NCBI GenBank assembly: GCA_015062435.1
Contig: SUUR01000005.1
Coordinates: 5,563 to 69,562, forward strand
DNA from: Alphaproteobacteria bacterium
Lineage (GTDB): Bacteria > Pseudomonadota > Alphaproteobacteria > RF32 > CAG-239
DNA length: 64,000 nt
Direction: 5' to 3'
The translations under genes and the position numbers were made by a program. Positions 45,866-54,553 of this stretch are shown here, piece after piece. Below the pieces are notes generated by a model. It saw only the letters and a program-made list of their open reading frames with translations. It did not search any database and was not told the DNA's origin. The stretch's first letter is position 1, and the number at the start of each line of letters is the position of its first letter.

Positions 45866-47189
45866 TATAAATAAAATTATTACAGTATCTGCTTTAGCTA
45901 TATTAGCTACAATGGCAACTGATGTACAAGCTCAAGGTTTGGTTACTCTTTCTGAAGAAGCTATGTTTGATGAGGACGATAGCAAAAAAGCAGCTCCTAT
46001 CGAAGCTCCTAAAACGGAAAGCGGAGATGATGCTCTCGGAAACATTGCCGTAAAACCGAAAACGTCTTCTGTTCCTGAAACAAAACCGGTAGAAAAAGAA
46101 GAACCAACACCTAATATTGTTCCGGATAAAAATGTTGTTCCGGTAGTAAGTTCCGAACCTAAAAAATCTGTTGCAATTAATGATGACACCTCATCTGCCG
46201 ATGATGATGAAGTTTTCTCTAAAATGTCTGATTTGGAAAAACAAACAGCAGTACTTAATTTGGAGCTCAGAAAAGAACGAGTAAAAAATGAAATTGAAGC
46301 TTTGAAAAACCAACGTAAACAAGCCAGACAACAAGAACAAGATCAGGCTGAAGAGAAAAAACGTAAACAAATAGAATGGGAAAAAGCTCAAGAACAAAAA
46401 ATTTTAGAAGAGCAACAAAAACTGAGAGAGTTAGATATTCAATTTGAAAAAGTACGTCAAGAAGTTTTGCTTAATTCCTATAAAAACGAAATGCTTAAAG
46501 TAAATCAGGAATGGATTGCTCATGAGGCTTCTTTATATAAGCAAATTGATGACTTAAAGAAAGAAAAACAAGATATTTATGATGATATGAAAAAGAAGCT
46601 CACAACCGTGAAAAACAATATCAACACAATTATGAATAATTCTGATTCATTAATTGCTGCTTATAAAAATGAGTTAGAAAATAAAGATTTACAAATCTCC
46701 GTTCTTAGAGCTAGAAATGAAGCTCAAGAACGAGAGTTGGAAAAAAGGAATCCATTTGCAGCCGGCGCAACTCCTACCGCCACAAGCAGTGAAACATCAC
46801 CGGAAACCGATGAGATTGAGGTTGATGAGCTTGAGCTGATAAATCAATATGCGGTTATGGAAATCAGAGGCCAGAATGGAGAGTTAATCGCAAAATTAAT
46901 TAATCAGGACGGAATGCCTTTTTATGTAAAGAAAGGAACTTCTTTGCAAAGCGGACACACAATTACGGAGATTACATCAACATATGTAAAAGCAGAAAAG
47001 AACGGATTTGTTGATTATCTTTACTTTGCGGCAGGCGGTATATTACCTAAAGAACAGCCGATGAGTCCGATTACTCCTGCCGGAGTTGCTGAGGAAGGTC
47101 CGGGAGCTGTATCGACCACTAAAAAAGGTCCTTCTTTTGCAGCAAGTATCGGAGTTCCCGGAATGGGAAAATCTATGATGGCCAGGTAG
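45855..47189 (+). CDS. Secreted coiled-coil protein with a PilP-like C-terminal beta domain (tentative)
   Basis: Start at ATG 45855 (MFFNINKIITVSALAILATMATDVQA), preceded by gaggga. Central E/K/Q coiled coil. C-terminus: YAVMEIRGQNGELIAKLINQDGMPFYVKKGTSLQSGHTITEITSTYV. Confidence 0.4.
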   Translation: MFFNINKIITVSALAILATMATDVQAQGLVTLSEEAMFDEDDSKKAAPIEAPKTESGDDALGNIAVKPKTSSVPETKPVEKEEPTPNIVPDKNVVPVVSSEPKKSVAINDDTSSADDDEVFSKMSDLEKQTAVLNLELRKERVKNEIEALKNQRKQARQQEQDQAEEKKRKQIEWEKAQEQKILEEQQKLRELDIQFEKVRQEVLLNSYKNEMLKVNQEWIAHEASLYKQIDDLKKEKQDIYDDMKKKLTTVKNNINTIMNNSDSLIAAYKNELENKDLQISVLRARNEAQERELEKRNPFAAGATPTATSSETSPETDEIEVDELELINQYAVMEIRGQNGELIAKLINQDGMPFYVKKGTSLQSGHTITEITSTYVKAEKNGFVDYLYFAAGGILPKEQPMSPITPAGVAEEGPGAVSTTKKGPSFAASIGVPGMGKSMMAR

Positions 47190-47194
47190 GATAA

Positions 47195-48883
47195 ATGGTG
47201 GCAGATTCCGATAATACAGAAAATGAAAATGCAGATATTTCGGCATCGGAAGAACTTTCCGGTGCCGATGGTACTTCTGCAGAAAAACTTTCCGGATCAG
47301 AAAAAGAAAAAAGATTGTCAATTGCCGATACATATTTTTCTAACGGCAATCGATTATTGACACTTTCCGGATCATCATTGGTTATTAATGATGATACCAG
47401 ACGTCTTTTGGCCTTATTTTCTGACGGACGTTTTTTGGTATCTGAAAGCCACAAATTTGATGGACGAGTTCTCAGCTTTGAGGTTTTGGCCAGAAAGAAA
47501 AAGTTGGCAATTCAGAAACCAACTTATGTTTCTCAAAACGAAATTAATGCAATTTACAGCATCGGAGAACGTGCACAAGCATCTGTTGACGCTAGTGAAG
47601 ATACAGAATTAGACCAGCTCCAGATGCAAAAGGACTTTGTGAACGTGATTGCCAGAGCTGCGGGGCAAAAAGTTTCTGACGTTCACGTTATTGTTGCGGA
47701 CAGTACTCAAATTATGTTTCGTGTAAATGGTATGATGACGACCGAAATGGAATATAACAAAGATTGGGGAGAGGCTTTTGTGCGTGCGGCATTTGCTTCT
47801 GCAGATGTGTCTGACTCTAACTATGCTCAAAACGAATTCCAAGCGGCCCAAAAACTCGGCTCAACTCCTTTGCGCGGATCTAAAGGTAAATTAATGTTGC
47901 CCCATAACGTATTGGCTATTCGTCTGCAATTTAATCCGATTGCTTTCGGATCACAATATTTGGTAATGCGTTTGCTTTATGCCGATGATAACCCTGATGG
48001 TTCCGGCGATTTGACTGCTCTCGGTTTTGGTGAATTTGAAGAAAATTTATTTTATCGTTTGCGTGCAGTTCCGGTTGGATTGAATGTTATTGCAGGACCT
48101 ACCGGATCTGGAAAGTCAACGACTTTACAACGTAATATGATTAAGCTTCTACAAGAAAAAAACTATGAAATTAATCTGATTACAGTGGAAGATCCTCCAG
48201 AGTATCCTATTCCCGGTGCAAGACAAATGCCGGTGACAAATGCCAATACCGAAGAAGAAAAAGATGAACAATTTACCAAAGCTCTTTCAGCGGCTTTGCG
48301 TTCTGACCCTGATGTTATGATGGTGGGCGAGGTACGTTCTCTTTCCGCTGCTCAGTTAACTTTTAAAGGTGCTTTATCAGGACACGGTGTATGGACAACT
48401 TTGCACGCTAACTCTGCTCCGGCAATTTTAATGCGACTGAGAGATATGGGAGTAGAAACATTTAAACTTCTTGATCCGGAACTGATAAAAGGATTAATAT
48501 CTCAACGTTTGTTCAGAAAACTATGTCCACATTGCAGGATCTCCGTAAAAGAAAGAATTAATGAACTTTCAGTACAACGTTTGAAAGTAGCTTTAGGCGA
48601 TTTCGGAATCGAAAATACTTATGTACGTGGACCGGGGTGTAAATATTGCAATAATACCGGTATCAAAGGCAGAATGTGCGTACCGGAGATTATTTTGCCA
48701 GATGCGGTATTTTTGGAGCTAATGATAAAAGGCGAAACCAGAAAAGCAATTGATTATTGGACCAGTGATCTTAACGGAAGAACATTAAAAGAAGCTGCTA
48801 TGGAACGAATGCTTAAAGGTTTGATAGACTTAGATGAAGTTGAGCGTTGGTGCGGATTATTAGACCAACGACCGGTATATTAG
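47195..48883 (+). CDS. GspE/PilB-family assembly ATPase (PilQ in R64 nomenclature)
   Basis: Walker A GPTGSGKST, Walker B DPDVMMVGEVRS, His box GHGVWTTLHAN, and a tetracysteine pair CPHC...CKYC. Confidence 0.9.
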   Translation: MVADSDNTENENADISASEELSGADGTSAEKLSGSEKEKRLSIADTYFSNGNRLLTLSGSSLVINDDTRRLLALFSDGRFLVSESHKFDGRVLSFEVLARKKKLAIQKPTYVSQNEINAIYSIGERAQASVDASEDTELDQLQMQKDFVNVIARAAGQKVSDVHVIVADSTQIMFRVNGMMTTEMEYNKDWGEAFVRAAFASADVSDSNYAQNEFQAAQKLGSTPLRGSKGKLMLPHNVLAIRLQFNPIAFGSQYLVMRLLYADDNPDGSGDLTALGFGEFEENLFYRLRAVPVGLNVIAGPTGSGKSTTLQRNMIKLLQEKNYEINLITVEDPPEYPIPGARQMPVTNANTEEEKDEQFTKALSAALRSDPDVMMVGEVRSLSAAQLTFKGALSGHGVWTTLHANSAPAILMRLRDMGVETFKLLDPELIKGLISQRLFRKLCPHCRISVKERINELSVQRLKVALGDFGIENTYVRGPGCKYCNNTGIKGRMCVPEIILPDAVFLELMIKGETRKAIDYWTSDLNGRTLKEAAMERMLKGLIDLDEVERWCGLLDQRPVY

Positions 48884-48892
48884 GAGAATAAA

Positions 48893-50020
48893 ATGGCAGA
48901 AGAGCAAACTAAAAAGAAATCCAAATCCATGCAAAAGGCAATGTCAAAGTTAAATGCCATTGAAGAAGGGTATGCCAAACTGATTATTGTCTTTTCAAAC
49001 AAAGTACGCTTGAAGCTATATAGAAAAATTGCGTCTTTGATGAAAAACCGTTTCTCTTTAATGGACGCCTTAGATATGTTGTATGACGGAGCCAGTAATG
49101 GTGGAAAAAATCCTGGAGAACCGTTGGCAATTGCAATTGCAGCTTGGGGAAAATCTCTTAATAACGGTAAAACTTTTTCAGATGCTCTTAAAGGATGGGC
49201 TCCAAACCGTGAAAGACTGATGCTTTCTGTGGGTGATGTATCCGACTTGGAAGGAGCGTTACTTAATCTGATTAAAGTAACAGAAGGATCAACGAAAATG
49301 ATACGCCCTATTATAGGCGCTATTGCATACCCTAGCTTTTTGACAATGATGTCCGTGCTTATTATTTATGCAATCGGTGTGTATATGGTGCCTCCAATGA
49401 TTGATGCCGCACCAAATGTTATTTGGCGTGGAATGGCCAGAGACTTGGTTGATTTATCTGATTGGATTAAAGATAACTGGTTAATTGCTTTCTCTGCTCT
49501 GCCGGTAATTATGGCTATCATTTATTTTACTATCGGAATCTGGACCGGTAAAATAAGGGCGGCTTTTGATAATATACCGCCATGGTCATTATATAAGGTT
49601 TTTGTGGGTATCAGTTGGTTGTTGGCTCTTTCTGCTTTGGTAAAAGGCGGTACTCCGGTTTCAACGGCAATGCGTGCATTACGTAGAGATTCTAGCAGAT
49701 ATCTTAAAGAAAGAATTGATAAAACTTTGGTCTTTATAAATAACGGTGATAACTTAGGGCAAGCTTTATCAAAAACAAAACTGAACTTCCCCGATACGGA
49801 AATTATCAGTGACTTAAAAATTTATTCAGAACTTGATAACTTTGAAGAAGCTCTGGACAATTTGGCAAATGAGTGGTTAGAAGAATCTGTATATCTGATT
49901 GAAGAAAAAGCCGGTATTTTAAACATGCTTGCCTTACTTTCAATCGGTGCAGTAATTGCTTGGGCTGTTATGGGAACATTTGAAATGCAAGATCAAATAA
50001 CCAGCGGAATGGGAGGCTAA
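48893..50020 (+). CDS. GspF/PilC-family inner-membrane platform protein (PilR in R64 nomenclature)
   Basis: 375 aa with three hydrophobic spans in the usual GspF arrangement. It lies directly downstream of the ATPase, and aggag precedes the ATG. Confidence 0.7.
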   Translation: MAEEQTKKKSKSMQKAMSKLNAIEEGYAKLIIVFSNKVRLKLYRKIASLMKNRFSLMDALDMLYDGASNGGKNPGEPLAIAIAAWGKSLNNGKTFSDALKGWAPNRERLMLSVGDVSDLEGALLNLIKVTEGSTKMIRPIIGAIAYPSFLTMMSVLIIYAIGVYMVPPMIDAAPNVIWRGMARDLVDLSDWIKDNWLIAFSALPVIMAIIYFTIGIWTGKIRAAFDNIPPWSLYKVFVGISWLLALSALVKGGTPVSTAMRALRRDSSRYLKERIDKTLVFINNGDNLGQALSKTKLNFPDTEIISDLKIYSELDNFEEALDNLANEWLEESVYLIEEKAGILNMLALLSIGAVIAWAVMGTFEMQDQITSGMGG

Positions 50021-50021
50021 G

Positions 50022-50636
50022 ATGAGTAAGCTTATGTCCTTATTGAAATTTATATTTAAGGTTATAGCTATTTTTGCAAAAAAATTATACACAGATTTTA
50101 TGACTGCTCCCAAAAAAATAAAATTTATAATTATTGGATTTTTAATAACGTTGATTTTATTGATAAATCTTTGGCCTCAAACAATTCCGGCAACCGAAGC
50201 AATAAAAGAAATGGAGCTATTGGCCGGCAATATTCGTCGTGCCTACCAACATAAGCCTGATTATTGGGGGTTAAATAATGCAATTATACTTGACAAAAAG
50301 ATATACCCTAATAAAATGGCAAAAAATGGAAAACTCATCAGTGTTTTGGGCAATGAAGTCTTGGTTGGAGACGGAGTTTTAGGAAAAATTTTGATGCCCG
50401 GATCTCAAAATTTTGATATTGTCTATGCCGGATTAACCAAAAAACAGTGTGTGAGATTAGCATCTTTTGAATATGATCACTCATTTTGGTTGATGGTAAT
50501 GGGGATAACAATTGCTGATGGTGACGACCAACAATTGTTTTCTTGGGAAGATAAAAATCATAAATTACCAATCAGCACAAATGATGCAAAGAAGTTTTGT
50601 AAAGATGGCAGTTCAATTATCTGGCATAATGACTAG
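50022..50636 (+). CDS. Pilin-like protein lacking a recognisable prepilin cleavage motif (paralogue of the downstream prepilin)
   Basis: Has an N-terminal TM span (FIIIGFLITLILLINLW) but no G-x4-E. NIRRAYQHKPDYWGLNNAIILDKKIYPNKM and AGLTKKQCVRLASFEYD align with NIRSLFSASVDYTGLNDQTAIQMGIIPRDM and SGLTREACVAIATADWG of the 50775-51437 product. Confidence 0.5.
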   Translation: MSKLMSLLKFIFKVIAIFAKKLYTDFMTAPKKIKFIIIGFLITLILLINLWPQTIPATEAIKEMELLAGNIRRAYQHKPDYWGLNNAIILDKKIYPNKMAKNGKLISVLGNEVLVGDGVLGKILMPGSQNFDIVYAGLTKKQCVRLASFEYDHSFWLMVMGITIADGDDQQLFSWEDKNHKLPISTNDAKKFCKDGSSIIWHND

Positions 50637-50774
50637 AAGGTTATAACTTTGGTAATAAAAAACGTAACAAATTATACTTTTGGCCAAAATTTTATGACTA
50701 AGGATAAGATTGTTCATAATTTATTAATATGTTATGGTTAAACTATAAGCAAAATGAGATTTAGGAGAGGAACA

Positions 50775-51437
50775 ATGTCTAGCATCTATAAAAATGAGCA
50801 ATCAGGACGTTCTATGGTGGAAATGCTTGGTGTGCTCGCAATCATCGGGGTGCTCTCTATCGGTGGTATTTCCGGTTATTCAAAAGCAATGGCCAAATAT
50901 CGTGTTAACAAAACATTAGACCAGATTTCTATGTTGGTGATGAATATCCGTTCTCTGTTTTCTGCAAGTGTGGATTATACAGGCTTAAATGATCAAACAG
51001 CTATTCAAATGGGTATTATTCCCAGAGATATGTTACCTTCTGGTACAACAGAAACTACTGCAACTCAGATAATGAACGCATATCAAGGCGGTGTTTTTTT
51101 GGCAACAGGAAGCAGCGGTGGTGCAGGACGTTCTTTTACAGTTCAATACTCGGGACTTACTCGTGAAGCTTGTGTGGCAATCGCAACAGCCGATTGGGGA
51201 TCACAAGCAGGTTCCGGTTTGGTACGAATTTCAGTTAAACAAGGTGATACCACTAAAAGAAAAAAAGTTACTTTCTCATCAGCTTGTGATGCAGCAGGTA
51301 CAGGAGGTAATAATCCTACTGCAGCTAACGGTGGAAACTTCTGCATGAACGACATGCCCATTACTTTAGCTGAAGCTGCAGTAAGTTGTGCTAGCACTCA
51401 AGATATCGGCAATGCGATTGAATGGGAATATTACTAA
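50775..51437 (+). CDS. Type IV prepilin (probable major pilin of the cluster)
   Basis: Start at ATG 50775, preceded by aggaga. Leader MSSIYKNEQSG, then RSMVEMLGVLAIIGVLSIGGISGY (Gly at -1, Glu at +5, hydrophobic helix). C-terminal Cys residues (CDAAG...FCMND...CAS) suggest a disulfide-bonded D-region. Confidence 0.75.
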   Translation: MSSIYKNEQSGRSMVEMLGVLAIIGVLSIGGISGYSKAMAKYRVNKTLDQISMLVMNIRSLFSASVDYTGLNDQTAIQMGIIPRDMLPSGTTETTATQIMNAYQGGVFLATGSSGGAGRSFTVQYSGLTREACVAIATADWGSQAGSGLVRISVKQGDTTKRKKVTFSSACDAAGTGGNNPTAANGGNFCMNDMPITLAEAAVSCASTQDIGNAIEWEYY

Positions 51438-51460
51438 GTTAACCTGATGCTAGAAAAAAT

Positions 51461-51490
51461 AAAAAAGGAGCTTGTACAAGCTCCTTTTTT
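51461..51490 (+). terminator. Rho-independent terminator after the prepilin gene
   Basis: aaaaaaggagcttg-ta-caagctcctttttt, followed by T residues, 24 nt after the stop. Confidence 0.75.
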
Positions 51491-51615
51491 TATTCTCACA
51501 GAATATTTAATTACCTTTTTAAAGAAGAACAAAGCTCATCATTAAACTAAAAAAATACGACTTCTCTTCACTCAGCAACTTAAGGATATAACCAAATCAC
51601 ACTTATTTTATAAAA

Positions 51616-52095
51616 ATGCAAAAACATAAAAAAAATAAAATAGAAGCACGCATGCAAATCAAAAGAGATTTTTATTTAAATCAACTAATTGATCGTAAAC
51701 AAAATAAAATGATAAAGATTATTAGCGTAATAAGACGTTGTGGAAAATCTTATCTTTTATCAGAACTATTTACTCAACATCTGTTAGATAATGAATTGCA
51801 AATACGAGGATACAACGTCGATGTTGGTGAAGTTAATGTTGAAAATAATAAGTCGACTGAAATAGACTTTGTCGCCAATATCGGAAATAAAAGGTATTAT
51901 ATCCAGTCTGCGCTTAGCTTGCCAACATCAGAAAAAATGATGCAAGAAGAAAAATCTTTACTGAGTATTAGAGATGGTTTTAAAAAAATTATTATCACCA
52001 AAAGTAATCTTTTACAGACCTATCAAGATGAAAACGGTATTATAATTATGGATTTAAAAGAATTTTTGTTAAATAAAAACAGTTTAGATACTTAA
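51616..52095 (+). pseudogene. Internally deleted remnant of an AAA-ATPase/DUF4143-type gene (tentative)
   Basis: The 159-aa ORF joins an N-terminal P-loop segment (KIISVIRRCGKSYLLSELF) almost directly to a C-terminal-type segment (STEIDFVANIGNKRYYIQSALSL...). As I recall, full-length family members are well over twice this length. The first Walker A glycine is replaced. Confidence 0.4.
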
Positions 52096-52200
52096 CAAAA
52101 CCACTACTCCGATACAATCGGAATATTTCCTTTCAAATAACGGGAGGGAGCAATCCCCCTCCCCATTTATCTTAATGAAAAGCAGAGAAGAAGCTTTCAA

Positions 52201-53163
52201 CTAAAACTCTTGTTTTAATTTACGTTCAAACATGCTTTTGATGGTAGTTTTTATATCTGCATTTTCATAGACAGCTTTATAAAGTGCTTGACAAATAGGC
52301 ATATCTATATCTTTTTCATCGGCAATTTGTTTTACGGCTTTTAAGGTAGCAACACCTTCTGCTAATTTACCAAAATCCTCTCCTTTGGCAAATTTTTCAC
52401 CAAAAGTGCGATTATGACTGTGTTTTGAAAATAATGTTGCCTCATAATCTCCTAAATGGGACAATCCATAAGCTGTTCGGGCATCACCTCCCATTGCCGC
52501 AATAAAACGCCCTACTTCTACTGGTGCTCGTGCCATGAGAGCACCTTTTAAGCCATACCATTCCAGACCATCTAAAATTCCGGCAGCAATTCCTATCACA
52601 TTCTTTAATGCGGCTCCGACTTGATTACCAACCAAATCCGCACCATAGTAAAAACGTATCAAATCGCTGGAGAACATTTTAATTAATTTATCTTTAGTTT
52701 CTTCTTCATCGCTATCTATAACAGCGCATGAAGGAACCTTTTTCATATAATCTTGAACATGTCCCGGCCCTCCCAATGTGCCGATATGTATATCTTGTTT
52801 TATCTCCTGACGCATGATATCCAACATTGTTGCTGCATTGGGATATTCAAGACCTTTCATAGCCAATAAAAATGTTTTGCCGGCCAAGTTAAATGCTGAT
52901 AATTCTTTACATAATCCTCTAAAATACTGGCAACCAATCGAAACTATAATAACATCATTTGTTAAAACAGCAGGCAAATTATCGTGCAAAAACATATTAT
53001 CTGACAAGCTCAGATATGGGTTTTTGCGTGTATCTCGTAATTCAATAAAATTAGGTGAAGTCGGAATGTCATACATATCAACGTCAAAACCACAGTAATT
53101 GGCCGCATACCATCCGAGAAATGTACCCCAACGGCCGCATCCGATAAGAGAAATATTGCTCAT
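52201..53163 (-). CDS. gpsA: NAD(P)H-dependent glycerol-3-phosphate dehydrogenase
   Basis: 320 aa. N-terminal Rossmann motif ISLIGCGRWGTFLG, followed by LGGPGHVQD and GAALKNVIGIAAGILDGL. Confidence 0.85.
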   Translation of the reverse strand: MSNISLIGCGRWGTFLGWYAANYCGFDVDMYDIPTSPNFIELRDTRKNPYLSLSDNMFLHDNLPAVLTNDVIIVSIGCQYFRGLCKELSAFNLAGKTFLLAMKGLEYPNAATMLDIMRQEIKQDIHIGTLGGPGHVQDYMKKVPSCAVIDSDEEETKDKLIKMFSSDLIRFYYGADLVGNQVGAALKNVIGIAAGILDGLEWYGLKGALMARAPVEVGRFIAAMGGDARTAYGLSHLGDYEATLFSKHSHNRTFGEKFAKGEDFGKLAEGVATLKAVKQIADEKDIDMPICQALYKAVYENADIKTTIKSMFERKLKQEF

Positions 53164-53267
53164 AAAAAAACCTCTTGTTGTTGTAACTAATATATATTTT
53201 GTAGCCTACATGCACAAATTTTGCAACTATGTTGTTGCATCAATACACGGCTAATTGGAAAAGATAA

Positions 53268-53708
53268 TTAAATTGAGCTTTTTTTGCTTCTTTGGCGAGT
53301 AACAATTGCTCCGATATGGTCAAATTCAGTAAATGAATGATAAGCATAGTCCAAACTTTTTTTATCGCAATCGTAAAAAACCTGATTGGCTAAAGATTGA
53401 ATGGCACTATCTATACGCTTAAATGCGTTATTGTAGTCTGAACTGTAATTATTTTTGGATTTTTTTTGCACAATAGAATGGTATGCAGCAATTACTTTAG
53501 CCGTCTCATCTGCAGAATTTGCATACCCTTTATCTTCAAAGTCACGCATAATTCGTGCCGTAGTTTGGTAAAAGCACTTGTTGGTCAAAATACTCTTTTG
53601 CTTTTTGTTATTACTATCAATTATCATCGCCTGATACCCATAGTTTAAGAGGTTATGTAACACAAAATATGCCGTTTTGCAAGAGTTTTTGCTACATATA
53701 ATATACAT
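53268..53708 (-). CDS. Hypothetical 146-aa protein
   Basis: ORF only; no recognisable motif. Confidence 0.3.
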   Translation of the reverse strand: MYIICSKNSCKTAYFVLHNLLNYGYQAMIIDSNNKKQKSILTNKCFYQTTARIMRDFEDKGYANSADETAKVIAAYHSIVQKKSKNNYSSDYNNAFKRIDSAIQSLANQVFYDCDKKSLDYAYHSFTEFDHIGAIVTRQRSKKSSI

Positions 53709-53820
53709 AATTTAGTTTAATAATATGTTAATTTAACCTTTTGAGAAAAATAAATATCTTTTATCTTAAAAAAAATTGTTGCAAACTATATTCTAATACG
53801 CTAGTTTAGCGTTGTTTTAC

Positions 53821-53911
53821 GGATAGGTGGCCGAGTGGTCGAAGGCGCACGATTGGAAATCGTGTGTACCTCCAAAGGGTACCGTGGGTTCGAATCCCAC
53901 CCTATCCGCCA
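53821..53911 (+). tRNA. tRNA-Ser (anticodon GGA), CCA encoded
   Basis: Acceptor stem ggatagg/cctatcc, anticodon stem cacga/tcgtg with loop ttGGAaa, long variable arm tgtacctccaaagggtacc, T arm gtggg-ttcgaat-cccac. Confidence 0.9.
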
Positions 53912-53921
53912 TTTCAGTTTT

Positions 53922-53944
53922 AACCTACCTTTATGGTAGGTTTT
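53922..53944 (+). terminator. Terminator hairpin after tRNA-Ser
   Basis: aacctacc-tttat-ggtaggtt followed by tttt. Confidence 0.6.
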
Positions 53945-54057
53945 ATTATATGTATCAAAAGTGGGATTTGAACCCACGAAAAGTGGGTTCGACTACAAGC
54001 GAAAGGCAGACGTCAGTATGCCGGTGAGCGATAGCGAATGAGCGTAGTGAACGAAGT

Positions 54058-54110
54058 AATCCCACCCTATCCGCCAGTTTAATTTTTAACCTACCTTTAT
54101 GGTAGGTTTT
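54058..54110 (+). repeat. Direct repeat of the tRNA-Ser 3' end plus its terminator hairpin (att-like scar)
   Basis: aatcccaccctatccgcca at 54058-54076 is identical (19/19) to 53893-53911. aacctacctttatggtaggtttt at 54088-54110 is identical (23/23) to 53922-53944. Confidence 0.8.
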
Positions 54111-54185
54111 TTAAAATTTTTGAACTTTTTTGATTATACATTCGTTTTAGTATGTAAACAACAACTTAACTGAAAGGAATTGTAA

Positions 54186-54521
54186 ATGAAAAAGTTTATA
54201 TCGGCTTTAATTGCTTTATCTTTATTATCATCTCCGGCAATGGCTAAGCCCTCTAAACATCATATTGATAAGCATCATCATAAACCAGCACATGTGAGAG
54301 TTGTTCATCACCATAAAACTCATCACACCGAGCCTTTGGCTTTTGCAGCAGCAGGATTAATCGGATTCACTCTGGGAAATATTATATCTTATTCTTCCGG
54401 ACAGAATAATTACATCGTTTCTAATGATGAAAAAGAGTGTTTTTTGGTGGTTTCCAAATCCAGCGGAAATGTTACTCAACGATGCGTGGACGGAAGTAAT
54501 CAAGTATTGTATGTGGATTAA
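54186..54521 (+). CDS. Small secreted His-rich protein
   Basis: Signal peptide MKKFISALIALSLLSSPAMA, then KPSKHHIDKHHHKPAHVRVVHHHKTHHTEP. One hydrophobic segment and two Cys residues in the C-terminal half. Confidence 0.5.
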   Translation: MKKFISALIALSLLSSPAMAKPSKHHIDKHHHKPAHVRVVHHHKTHHTEPLAFAAAGLIGFTLGNIISYSSGQNNYIVSNDEKECFLVVSKSSGNVTQRCVDGSNQVLYVD

Positions 54522-54553
54522 GCAAAAATTATTCAAACCATTAAATAAAATTA

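Noticed and set aside
1..51500. Interpretation of the whole T4SS/pilus region as a conjugative plasmid or ICE
   Set aside because: No relaxase, coupling protein, integrase, replication or partition genes, and no flanking direct repeats, are visible in the window. The rvh-like synteny and adjacent housekeeping genes favour a chromosomal, non-mobilising system. The question remains open without the flanking sequence.
53827..54027. 66-aa plus-strand ORF in the track
   Set aside because: It lies directly on top of tRNA-Ser(GGA) and the att-like debris downstream. It is read-through of structured RNA sequence, not a plausible gene.
53945..54076. Possible tmRNA (ssrA) or second tRNA, because of T-arm-like sequences and a ...ccgcca end
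   Set aside because: No matching 5' acceptor strand or intact T stem precedes the duplicated 3' end. No plausible tag reading frame ending in a typical Ala-Ala motif was found. It is better explained as a partial tRNA-Ser duplication.
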